Shown: piece by piece, positions 9,401 through 16,231 of the stretch
Numbering within the stretch: the stretch's first letter is position 1
Layout: each line of letters begins with the position of its first letter
NCBI GenBank assembly: GCA_045600725.1
Contig: JAZRYK010000027.1
Coordinates: 427 to 64,426, forward strand
DNA length: 64,000 nt
Source: Lachnospiraceae bacterium
GTDB taxonomy: Bacteria > Bacillota > Clostridia > Lachnospirales > Lachnospiraceae
Reading direction: 5' to 3'
Position numbers and translations under genes: made by a program
Notes under the pieces: model-generated
Seen by the model: the letters and a program-made list of their open reading frames with translations, nothing else
Databases searched by the model: none
Told to the model about the DNA's origin: nothing

Positions 9401-9842
9401 AAAGCTTGTGGCAGATGTGGATTACAGCAAAAATATTGAATATTCCATTGCCGATGATGCGGAAAAAGCAGCAGGGGCAACGGTAATTGTTAAGGTGTTA
9501 GCAAAAGGCAAAAATTATACCGGAAGCATTACGGGATATTATCGTCTGTTAAGCTCAGGCTACGATATAAGTAAGGCAACGGTAACAGTTAAAAAACAGT
9601 ACTACTCAGGGCAGGAAATAAAGCTTAACTCCGATGATATTAAAGTTACTGTCGGAAAGAAAACTCTGGTTTACGGTACCGATTATGTTCTTCAGGACTA
9701 TTCGAAGAATATTGCAAAAGGAACCGCTACAGTGACTATCGTGGGCAAGGGAAATTACGGCGGTAAGAAAACTGCAAAATTCACTATCAGATCACAGATC
9801 ATGCGATGGAGCTATTTGTATCATTCATTGTTCGGAAAATAG
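3492..9842 (+). CDS. giant secreted multidomain protein (2116 aa): signal peptide, Cys-knuckle array, Cys/His modules, beta-rich domains, C-terminal tandem Ig-like repeats
   Basis: One uninterrupted 6.35-kb ORF. The N-terminus MKKLLKRSNRVLAMLLAIIMIVTCVPIDDMHVHA-AEHEH looks like a Sec signal peptide. The middle contains a Listeria-Bacteroides-repeat-like segment (PVTLTAFAKEGYAFVENSWKVWKG...FTMPDCEVTVICEF). The C-terminus has about 7 repeats ending in GKGNYSG-type motifs. Confidence 0.85.
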   Translation: MKKLLKRSNRVLAMLLAIIMIVTCVPIDDMHVHAAEHEHTEETAQGLSEGTAEEEIGEHIKMAEFHTLACMECYDDTFVVCEECGRCPDCAEFCESCMEYCKECHPEQGGKGEESPCENCGNCKKGDKDYCLTCGQCEDCVEICSRCGEVCVDCHSEQECNHSENDPCPECGLCKDDGTPFCGECGICEECAMWICDECQCCMECVDHCSECGGCMIDFCPEGGDHCAKCCEEKEWICEECNLCAKGRDLEFCEICGFCEECCEYNSCDECGMCAGEDGFEEHLCEECGACLLSNDVCDNCGLCLTCCREIAKEKGCECGEYCWEDLTEDDFCMECGLCLHDENVCGECETRHEECCKDLSDALGCDCDPYVCSDSLEWEEHMKTVHSELVDDYHEGCVPSSTWSYDGTYHWRKCRLCADPEHIANKGVHTFNSKRTCTVCGFVKPYDTIEILSQPKDVRGNVFTIDENGKATAVKYTFSVKAVGPNTDEKLNYQWYIRYTGKVTIDSKCEDMFGAKTDTLVTTLPEDDACLVNYGFYCVITDSSGHSAESDVAYAKMSHSYVNITKSMLGSGEWVENTDYTGAKKHVMKCVGCKQVKKSEHLFTAWDYSKIDMGVRTRVCTSCGYEHSAKWHDKHVYDHGMSFASTDTFIGQWGENVKLSYTTPSGEVKLLGYDNTYHWSTCVKDDCTIVHTDRHKWGMFIMPGKKPTPEGGTAALVRKCVDCGQDFDFDREMVWNDHLIYASKGAANKALIHEGEAFLVTADKIPGYTPSLCKARFVNSAGKTVEFLDNNGESTTFFPTKKQKDGISFLVTVPVSEEGHDYGICDIMVDIVYNKDCTHETIELIDEKEATCTTEGYTGDTVCTVCGKITRAGKTILPAGHGEEVAVTESIHKLIDPNGAYVPENWATKTVTKRFYDEEGNVIGTRWETYYLYDLQAPTTVFCDNTVRNAESVAIYPSYLDMKERGCYSGDKICSVCGEVTTKGKRSAPLHVMRRLDDVPGSTPTPTFWDHVSELGLKGYTAPTETTPGYSGDLVCLGRHEEFVYELGRILPEGTAATMHTINTPNVYNIYDDEYVIGTKGLVVPSGYKGNGYAAKGMPVTLTAFAKEGYAFVENSWKVWKGTPEIPEKDREYIKVNRGTFTMPDCEVTVICEFVSTDTVIHTVDLTDWVVPIGNGIVDRDISVPALANYKVTKVEYFLDSNYERITTDTFTVANKSFGMFVTVETINGASFDEDVKVTLNGSREYIALDDILNHEDEDEITQIRVRSELFSFTDDDLKTKPINDIKVLNLDPIEAGKEVDFDFVLRTDREEDAVVDPYIYWSVNDSWGYVYDAEEVEKGHIAHEAYEYTSRIVIPAADGYTFPKDETGIYTGNVSVPGHQVVVAFVWSDADENTPQELYIDLKTVKLPVGEVTIDKVCSFTPDSKVSTMAHASGNYVWSESMSWYDVTAKKPLFSGDTFIKGHEVYAVFNVRLSKQNVFACHWDSKLKDYVYDGEVHLPAGMQVDKAYVNNDNSTGPELIIFTMNIKIGDVFGLWMEKIPTQIYTGKAIKPEPAVYDGDTLLKKNTDYTLSYKNNTKAGYATITVKGKGNYSGTLSDNFYIKWANITSAQYPKTIYVTESSKAIKINPTVTFAGKKLKLGTDYIIEPAKITKSCKVTISGYLGSNNLKSNLSGSDTIDVIVVPAGKMINKAEISIKKSFKPTYTGSLITLGENDITVKIGKKTLVYGKDYTLDYYNNLEIGKATVTVKGIGEYQGEKKASFTITGKSIKNATVNGVQNKYYTGYEVQHPISVFMGSEELIRGEDYSVVYEKNINVGTAKVKIIGKGQYSGTITKQYKILPANLTNSDVTTVEVANPVYYEKAGAKPVVVVKTVDERGKTVTLKKGTDYTVSYANYKAVNVKTDGAWTNASKIPTATVTFKGKYKGTKSLQYEINKKDLSTCRIVVADKVYDKKSGAYKSSVALYDGSTKLVADVDYSKNIEYSIADDAEKAAGATVIVKVLAKGKNYTGSITGYYRLLSSGYDISKATVTVKKQYYSGQEIKLNSDDIKVTVGKKTLVYGTDYVLQDYSKNIAKGTATVTIVGKGNYGGKKTAKFTIRSQIMRWSYLYHSLFGK
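3699..4610 (+). repeat. intragenic tandem array of CxxCGxC cysteine knuckles (residues ~70-373 of the giant protein)
   Basis: My hand count is ~73 Cys in ~304 residues. There are 11 exact C-x-x-C-G-x-C copies plus variants. Two 28-residue units align column for column: CEECGRCPDCAEFCESCMEYCKECHPEQ and CLTCGQCEDCVEICSRCGEVCVDCHSEQ. Confidence 0.85.
8112..9800 (+). repeat. about 7 tandem ~85-95-aa Ig-like repeats at the C-terminus of the giant protein
   Basis: The recurrent pattern is YTG-x-IKP...DYT(L/V)xY-NN...GTATVT(V/I)-GKGNY-G. Examples are ATITVKGKGNYSG, ATVTVKGIGEYQG, AKVKIIGKGQYSG and ATVTIVGKGNYGG. Nucleotide-level similarity is also visible, e.g. GGCAAGAAGACTCTTGTTTACGGTAAGGATTAT (~8654) versus GGAAAGAAAACTCTGGTTTACGGTACCGATTAT (~9655). 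Confidence 0.75.
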
Positions 9843-9949
9843 TGAAAGAAGAACAAAACGAGCCGAAATCAAAAAATAGCTTCGTTTCTTCAAAATAAAG
9901 AATACTTTCATATCCTGAAGATTAGAAAAAAGATGGGTATTATTCACTA

Positions 9950-9969
9950 TAAGAATCGGGTGATTCTTA
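9950..9969. promoter_or_regulatory. perfect 8-4-8 palindrome upstream of the desulfoferrodoxin gene (candidate operator)
   Basis: TAAGAATC-GGGT-GATTCTTA, about 43 nt upstream of ATG 10012. Confidence 0.3.
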
Positions 9970-10011
9970 ATTAAAGAAACAGAATAAACCATAATCGAAA
10001 GGAGAAAAAGT

Positions 10012-10410
10012 ATGGACAAGAAATGTTTTTATTACTGTAGTGTTTGCGGAAATGTTGTCGAGAAAATTCATGATTCGGGAAACGATCTGACATGCTGCAT
10101 GAGAACAATGATGGAATTAGAGCCCGGTACTACAGATGGGAAAGTTGAGTTTCATGTTCCGGTATGCAAAACAGAAGAAGACGGAAAGACCGTGAAAGTT
10201 ACAATCGGTAAGGAAATGCATCCCGCAACCGATGAGCACCATATTGAATGGATTCAGATAGTAACAAATAAGGGCATTGCCAGACAATACATAAAAAAGG
10301 GAGAAAAGCCTGAGGCTTGCTTCCACCTTTGCGATGGTGAAGAAATCTGCGAGGTATACGCCTACTGTAATTTGCACAAGCTGTGGAAGGCTAAATGTGC
10401 AAAAGGCTAG
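10012..10410 (+). CDS. dfx: desulfoferrodoxin (superoxide reductase, 2Fe type)
   Basis: The N-terminal centre I motif is C-x2-C-x15-CC (CSVCGNVVEKIHDSGNDLTCC). Neelaredoxin-type centre II ligand contexts are EFHVPV, HPATDEHHIEWI and CNLHKLW. A GAAAGGAG RBS lies upstream. Confidence 0.88.
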   Translation: MDKKCFYYCSVCGNVVEKIHDSGNDLTCCMRTMMELEPGTTDGKVEFHVPVCKTEEDGKTVKVTIGKEMHPATDEHHIEWIQIVTNKGIARQYIKKGEKPEACFHLCDGEEICEVYAYCNLHKLWKAKCAKG

Positions 10411-10417
10411 AAAGAAA

Positions 10418-10455
10418 AGCGCAAGCGCTGCCAAAGGCGCTTGCGTTATTTTTTT
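10418..10455 (+). terminator. intrinsic terminator after dfx
   Basis: Stem GCGCAAGCGC / GCGCTTGCGT (10 bp, one G-U) with an 8-nt loop, then TATTTTTTT. Confidence 0.65.
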
Positions 10456-10548
10456 AAATATATGGGATTCTTACATAAATTATGTTAAAATTTATCTGAA
10501 AACGCAGAAATCTATACGATACAGTTATTCAGAAGGGAGTTTTATACT

Positions 10549-11163
10549 ATGGGATTATTTGATAATGTTTTAAATTCACTGAAAGCAGACGCATCACGTG
10601 AAATAAAAAAGCAGGTCGGAAAAACCGTTGACGGTGCAGTGAAGGATGTGAAAAAAATGGTTAGTACAAAAGAGCAGAAGTTTACATTTGCGGCACTTCC
10701 GACATCTGTTGACGAATTAAAGGCGCTTCCGGAAGCAAAAATGGATACAGCATATAAGACAGCTGCACTTACAATTGCTGCTCTTTGCAATTTTAACAAT
10801 GATCCGGAAGCAACATATGCGATGTTGAATGTATTAAAAGGCCCGGAACCGCTTGGTCAGTTCGAAAAAATGCAGATAAGTGAACGATTAAACGATGCCG
10901 GGTATAAAACGCAGTCTTTCTTTAAGGGAGCGACTGTTGACAATGATTATAAGCCTGATGTGCCATACGTTGTTACAGTGATAGAGACTCCGTTGTCATT
11001 TGTTGAGGAAAACTGGGCAACAATGTGGCTTAGAAGTGCGGGAGCAGATGAATTAAGAGGCATAAGACTTCGTAAGAAGCCTTCAACGGGCGAATGGTTC
11101 TTAAATGACATTCAATGCCTTGGAGATATTCGTATTCCTAAGTCTGCTGATAAGTGGAGTTAA
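10549..11163 (+). CDS. hypothetical protein (204 aa), no family recognised
   Basis: An AAGGGAG RBS lies upstream of ATG 10549. Composition is coding-like, with an amphipathic Lys-rich N-terminus (MGLFDNVLNSLKADASREIKKQVGK). There is no TM helix or signal peptide. Confidence 0.6.
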   Translation: MGLFDNVLNSLKADASREIKKQVGKTVDGAVKDVKKMVSTKEQKFTFAALPTSVDELKALPEAKMDTAYKTAALTIAALCNFNNDPEATYAMLNVLKGPEPLGQFEKMQISERLNDAGYKTQSFFKGATVDNDYKPDVPYVVTVIETPLSFVEENWATMWLRSAGADELRGIRLRKKPSTGEWFLNDIQCLGDIRIPKSADKWS

Positions 11164-11782
11164 GAATGTAGCTGGTATTATCTTCGATGATGGCTTTTCG
11201 ACTTTCATCTATAGCCGATTTGAGTAAATCGGTATTTGGCTGAATATGATTTTTACCTACATTTTCTTTTTTGGAGCATGCCATTTCATAATCGCACAGA
11301 ATCATATTGGCGTGAGCATATCTGTCACGTAATGGAGTTTGAAGGTGAGCCGTCATCAAATTTAATACAGCTCTGGGTGAGCTGCCGTGATCGCCGTAAA
11401 ACAGATACAAAAGCTGTCTTATGCCTTCAGGAGGGAGAGCCTCAATTAAAAGAATAAGTTTTTTGCGAAGAGATTCGTTGCTCTCATTTTGGCTTACACC
11501 TTCCATATCGGGAAAAAGAAATTCGAGCAGGTAGGGCATTGCGGCTATTTTCATTACTCTGAACCAGCCGATTGCCTGAGGCAGTGTGGGAGAACTGATA
11601 CCGCGTTCCCAATTCTGCACCGTCTTCTTGGCGATTCCAAGTTCAAGTGCTACTTTTTCCTGAGAAAGTCCGCTCTCAGCACGGGATATCATAAGTATCC
11701 GGGCAAGCCGCATTTTATCTTCTTCATTGAAGCAGTCGTAATAATCGCCAAATTCGTTATTCATAATCAGGTCTCCTTTCAA
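11138..11782 (-). CDS. XRE-family helix-turn-helix transcriptional regulator with a ~130-aa C-terminal domain of unknown function
   Basis: The HTH is SQEKVALELGIAKKTVQNWERGISSPTLPQ. The 3' end overlaps the convergent 204-aa gene by 26 nt. Confidence 0.8.
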   Translation of the reverse strand: MKGDLIMNNEFGDYYDCFNEEDKMRLARILMISRAESGLSQEKVALELGIAKKTVQNWERGISSPTLPQAIGWFRVMKIAAMPYLLEFLFPDMEGVSQNESNESLRKKLILLIEALPPEGIRQLLYLFYGDHGSSPRAVLNLMTAHLQTPLRDRYAHANMILCDYEMACSKKENVGKNHIQPNTDLLKSAIDESRKAIIEDNTSYILNSTYQQT

Positions 11783-11968
11783 AAGGTTGGAATATAGGTT
11801 CTTTTGTTCAGAGTAACACGCTAAATTGTGATGTCAATTGTTTTTAGGCAAAAGAAAAAAGTTACACCAAATCAACTAAAAATGGTAACGATATATACAT
11901 CATGTAATAAATGCCGGGACTACAATAAACAAATTGCGGACATCAGGCTGAAGATGGAGGAAAAATAA

Positions 11969-12706
11969 ATGACGAATCAGTTTGTCAGAACACAACTTCT
12001 TATAGGGGAGGAATCCATTGAAAAACTTGCTTCATCCAGAGTTGCGGTGTTTGGTATTGGCGGAGTCGGTGGATATACCTGTGAAGCCCTTGTGCGAAGC
12101 GGCGTCGGACATTTTGATTTAATTGATGATGACAAGGTCTGTCTTTCGAATCTCAACAGACAGATAATTGCAACGCACAGCTCTATAGGTAAATATAAAG
12201 TCGATGTGATGCGTGAACGCATGCTTGATATAAATCCGGAGGTTGAAGTGAATGTCCATCAATGTTTTTTTCTTCCGGAAAATGCAGATGAGTTCCCGTT
12301 TGCCGATTACGATTATGTTGTGGATGCAGTTGACACGGTTACTGCGAAAATTGCACTGATTATGAAATGCAAAGAGGTGGGAGTTCCCATTATAAGTTCC
12401 ATGGGAGCAGGGAACAAGCTCGATGCTTCAGCATTTAAGGTGGCGGATATTTATAAAACAAATGTCTGTCCGCTTGCAAAGGTGATGAGGCGGGAACTGA
12501 AAAAACGCGGAGTAAAAAAGCTTAAGGTGGTTTACTCGGAGGAGCTTCCTATAACACCTGATTCTGTGTCAGACGGAGAGTCAAAAGAAGAAATTGCACA
12601 TGCAAGACGTTCAACTCCCGGCAGCATTGCATTCGTACCTTCTGTGGCAGGACTTATTATTGCCGGAGAGGTTGTAAAGGATATTATTGGAAAAAACAAA
12701 AAATAG
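11969..12706 (+). CDS. tcdA: tRNA threonylcarbamoyladenosine dehydratase (ThiF/MoeB-fold, TcdA/CsdL)
   Basis: The Rossmann motif is VAVFGIGGVGGYTCEALVRSG, followed by DDDKVCLSNLNRQ and YVVDAVDTVTAKIALI. It is collinear with E. coli TcdA as I recall it. A GGAGGA RBS is present. Confidence 0.85.
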   Translation: MTNQFVRTQLLIGEESIEKLASSRVAVFGIGGVGGYTCEALVRSGVGHFDLIDDDKVCLSNLNRQIIATHSSIGKYKVDVMRERMLDINPEVEVNVHQCFFLPENADEFPFADYDYVVDAVDTVTAKIALIMKCKEVGVPIISSMGAGNKLDASAFKVADIYKTNVCPLAKVMRRELKKRGVKKLKVVYSEELPITPDSVSDGESKEEIAHARRSTPGSIAFVPSVAGLIIAGEVVKDIIGKNKK

Positions 12707-12870
12707 ATTATTTATTGGCGCTCGTACTTTTGGTACGGGCGTTTGCTCGTTTGTTGCAGCTTTATTATTTAAGAATAGAAAAATACAATTTGCATATTAT
12801 TATTCAATAGATATGAAACTTCAATGAAAGTAAGATTAAAGAGTAAAATTTAGTTGATGTGGGGATTTGC

Positions 12871-15384
12871 ATGAAAAAGGGATTTACAATTAAGAAAAAT
12901 GAATATTTTAATTGCTGCGGTGTTGATATTATGGCTTTCAGTGATTTCTATCCTGCAGGTCATCAGTCAGGCGTAACGGTTATCATGAATGAAAAAAGAA
13001 TCGGAGCCAACGGAGATATTCGATTTGAACAGACACCGGGACAGTGGCAGCCTGTTCCCAAAAAGCTTGAGCGAAAAGTGGATGAAGAAAACAATACTAT
13101 TTCCACTACACTTCGCTATCCGGATATGGACCCGTATCTTCACGGATTTAACCCGATTATTTATCCTGATTTTGAATTTGAATATGAAGTTGTTGTTGCG
13201 GGGGGTGAAAATGGAGTGCGGGTTACGGTGAATCTTGACCGTCCGGTTCCTGAAGAATTTTTTGGAAAACTTGGCTTTAATCTCGAACTCTTCCCGGGGG
13301 AACTGTTTGGAAAATCTTACATCATGGATGATGAAACCGGTATTTTTCCGCGTCAGGCAAACGCTCCCACAAAGAGAGTAAAGTCGAATTACGAGCACAG
13401 CGGTCACATTAAACCCTATGATGTTGCAAAAGCAAGCAAGGAAATGCTCAGCGGATACAATAAGGGATATCAGCCCATTGTAGCCGACGATTTGATTGCC
13501 CTTCCCTATGCATCGGGACATTGCTTCACCTTGTGTCCTGAGAATGAGCTTCTCTCATTTACTGTTGAAAGCAAAGAAGCGCTTATAAACCTTTACGATG
13601 GAAGAATGAACCACAACAACGGATGGTTTGTTCTTAACAGTGAAATCCCTCTGGGAAAAACAAAAGAAGCACTTGTGTGGGAAATAAGACCAGTAGTCAG
13701 TGAGGATTTTATAAAAGCTCCGACCGTGCAGACTTCACAGGTAGGATACCATCCCGCGCAGCCTAAAAAGGCCTATATTGAGCTTGCTGAAAATGATAAA
13801 TCCGTTCACAAGATTATTCTTGAGAAGCTTTCTGTTGACGGAATAAAAACAGTTGTGGAATCCGATGGCATCGATAGCGGAAACTTTCTTCGCTACAGAT
13901 ATCTTACATTTGATTTTTCAGACATCAAAGAAGAAGGTCTTTACAGAATAACTTACGGTGATTCAAAATCATCCGTATTCAGAATCGCAAAAAATGTTTA
14001 TGACCGTGGTGTTTGGCAGCCTGTCCTGGAATATTTTCTTCCTGTGCAGATGTGCCATATGCGTGTAAATGAAAAATACAGAGTGTGGCACGGAAAATGT
14101 CACTGTGATGATGCGAGAATGGCTCCTGTTAACTATGAGCAGTTTGACGGAGCAGCGCAGGGACCTGAAACATGGACAAAATATAAATCCGGCGAGCATA
14201 TTCCGGGTGTAAACAAAGGCGGATGGCACGATGCCGGTGACTTTGATTTGCGAATTGAATCACAGACCGGCGAAATGTTCGCAATGTCTATGGCCTATGA
14301 AGAATTTGGCGTAGACTTTGATGAAACTACAATTGATCAGGAAAATCAAATTGTTGAAATTCACGAGCCGGACGGAAAGAATGATATTCTTCAGCAGATT
14401 GAGCATGGAGCACTGTCTGTTATAGGCGCATATAAGTCATTGGGCAGACTGTACCATGAGATAATGGCAGGAAGTCTGAGGCAGTATGTTTTACTCGGCG
14501 ATGCGGCAAACATGACTCCCGGAATTCCCGATAATGAAGAAGAACGCTTTCTTTTTACAGAAAAAAATCCTCCGAGAGAGCTTATGGCAGCAGCACATCT
14601 TGCGGCTTCCTACAGAGCGCTTAAGGATTTGAATGAAGAGCTTGCGAAAGACTGCCTTGGTGTGGCAGAAGAAATATACAGTATTACAGAGCCTGTGGAG
14701 GTTAAGCATATAAAGAATGATTATGCGCCGATTAATACAAAAATCGACTTCTACAGAAATTCAAAGGTTCAGGCAAGCGTTGAATTGTTCCTTTCCACAG
14801 GAAACGAAAAATATAAGGAATACATCCTTGATAATCTGACATACATTCTTGATAATATAGCGATGCTTGGATGGATGCTTTGCAGATGCATTCACAAATT
14901 GGAAAATGAAGAAGCACTTGCAAAAACAAAGGAAGCAATGAGAACTTACAGAAAGAAAATGGATTCCGAATGCTCAGAAACTCCTTACGGAATTCCGTAT
15001 CGGCCGAACATCTGGGGCGCAGGCTGGGATATTCAAAGAAAGGGAATGAATTACTATTTCTTAAGAAAAGCATTTCCTGACATTTTCGAAGCCGATATGT
15101 TATTTGACTCATTAAACTTTATTCTCGGATGTCATCCCGGTTCAAATACATCTTCATTTGCTTCGGGTGTCGGTGCAAAATCTACAACAACAGCTTACGG
15201 AGCAAACAGAGCCGACTGGTCATATATACCCGGTGGCGTTGTTTCCGGAACTGCACTTATCAGACCGGATTTACCTGAGCTTTTGGAATTCCCGTTCCTC
15301 TGGCAACAGATGGAATACGTACTCGGCGGGGGCTCACTTAACTACATGTTCCTTGTTCTCGCTGTTATAAATGAATTTAAATAA
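12871..15384 (+). CDS. glycoside hydrolase family 9 protein, cytoplasmic, with ~290-aa N-terminal extension and Ig-like CelD_N-type module
   Basis: The GH9 signature is GGWHDAGDFDLR. An Ig-like segment (VGYHPAQPKKAYIE...LYRITYGDSKSSVFRI) precedes it. Later motifs are HPGSNTSSFASGVG and YIPGGVVSG. There is no signal peptide. I prefer ATG 12871 to GTG 12859. Confidence 0.8.
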   Translation: MKKGFTIKKNEYFNCCGVDIMAFSDFYPAGHQSGVTVIMNEKRIGANGDIRFEQTPGQWQPVPKKLERKVDEENNTISTTLRYPDMDPYLHGFNPIIYPDFEFEYEVVVAGGENGVRVTVNLDRPVPEEFFGKLGFNLELFPGELFGKSYIMDDETGIFPRQANAPTKRVKSNYEHSGHIKPYDVAKASKEMLSGYNKGYQPIVADDLIALPYASGHCFTLCPENELLSFTVESKEALINLYDGRMNHNNGWFVLNSEIPLGKTKEALVWEIRPVVSEDFIKAPTVQTSQVGYHPAQPKKAYIELAENDKSVHKIILEKLSVDGIKTVVESDGIDSGNFLRYRYLTFDFSDIKEEGLYRITYGDSKSSVFRIAKNVYDRGVWQPVLEYFLPVQMCHMRVNEKYRVWHGKCHCDDARMAPVNYEQFDGAAQGPETWTKYKSGEHIPGVNKGGWHDAGDFDLRIESQTGEMFAMSMAYEEFGVDFDETTIDQENQIVEIHEPDGKNDILQQIEHGALSVIGAYKSLGRLYHEIMAGSLRQYVLLGDAANMTPGIPDNEEERFLFTEKNPPRELMAAAHLAASYRALKDLNEELAKDCLGVAEEIYSITEPVEVKHIKNDYAPINTKIDFYRNSKVQASVELFLSTGNEKYKEYILDNLTYILDNIAMLGWMLCRCIHKLENEEALAKTKEAMRTYRKKMDSECSETPYGIPYRPNIWGAGWDIQRKGMNYYFLRKAFPDIFEADMLFDSLNFILGCHPGSNTSSFASGVGAKSTTTAYGANRADWSYIPGGVVSGTALIRPDLPELLEFPFLWQQMEYVLGGGSLNYMFLVLAVINEFK

Positions 15385-15400
15385 ATCAATCAATTAATTA

Positions 15401-15454
15401 ATCCCCTCTACTTCGGATATACTAAAGTAAATCGAAGTAAAGGGGATTTTCTTC
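15401..15454 (+). terminator. intrinsic terminator after the GH9 gene
   Basis: 15-bp stem ATCCCCTCTACTTCG / CGAAGTAAAGGGGAT (one mismatch), followed by TTTCTTC. Confidence 0.65.
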
Positions 15455-15538
15455 ATCAAATCTTAATCAGTTTGAGGGTTTCTTCTTAACTCGGGGACTA
15501 CTATACTTACACTATACAGTTGAGGGGAGATACAGGTT

Positions 15539-16231
15539 ATGCCAAATATTTTAATTTGTGACGACGAAAAGGACATTGTAAAAGCGCTTAAAATTTATTT
15601 ATCGGATCCGGAATTTGTTCTTTTTGAAGCGTCTGACGGCGAAGAAGCAATCGGGGTTTGTGAAAAAGAAAATATCGATCTTATATTGATGGATATAATG
15701 ATGCCGGTTATGGATGGTATCACAGCCATGGCAAAGATTCGTGAAACCTCTACGGTGCCGATTATTCTTCTTACCGCTAAAAGTGAGGATGCAGATAAAA
15801 TATTGGGCCTGACGGTGGGAGCCGACGACTATATAACAAAGCCCTTCAATCCATTGGAGGTAACAGCCAGGGTACGTTCTCAGTTAAGAAGATATCTAAA
15901 ATTCGGCGGCGGAGTTTCAAAACCAAACAATATATCCATCGGAGGCATTGAGCTTGACGATGAAGCAAAGGAAGTAAGGGTTGACGGAGAATTGATAAGT
16001 CTTACTCCGAAGGAATATGACATCCTTCTTCTTCTGATGAAGAATCCGGGCAAGGTGTTCTCACCAAAGGAGATTTATTCAACTGTATGGAAAGAAAAGC
16101 CTTTTGGTACAGATAATACTGTTGCCGTTCATATAAGACACCTGCGTGAAAAAATAGAAATAGACCCTGCAGAGCCAAGATTTCTTAAGGTGATTTTTGG
16201 ACAAGGGTACAAGTTTGAAAAGGGGAAATGA
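15539..16231 (+). CDS. OmpR/PhoB-family response regulator
   Basis: REC motifs are ILICDDE, LILMDIMMPVMDG and ILLTAKS. The winged-helix output is LTPKEYDILLLLMKNPGKVFS...VAVHIRHLREKIE. A GAGGGGAG RBS is present. Confidence 0.92.
   Translation: MPNILICDDEKDIVKALKIYLSDPEFVLFEASDGEEAIGVCEKENIDLILMDIMMPVMDGITAMAKIRETSTVPIILLTAKSEDADKILGLTVGADDYITKPFNPLEVTARVRSQLRRYLKFGGGVSKPNNISIGGIELDDEAKEVRVDGELISLTPKEYDILLLLMKNPGKVFSPKEIYSTVWKEKPFGTDNTVAVHIRHLREKIEIDPAEPRFLKVIFGQGYKFEKGK

Noticed and set aside
12967-13521. A 184-aa antisense ORF inside the GH9 gene. Similar antisense ORFs lie at 17517-17996, 61903-62412 and 62567-62995.
   Set aside because: None has motifs or a start context, and all lie within genes whose sense frames carry clear family signatures.
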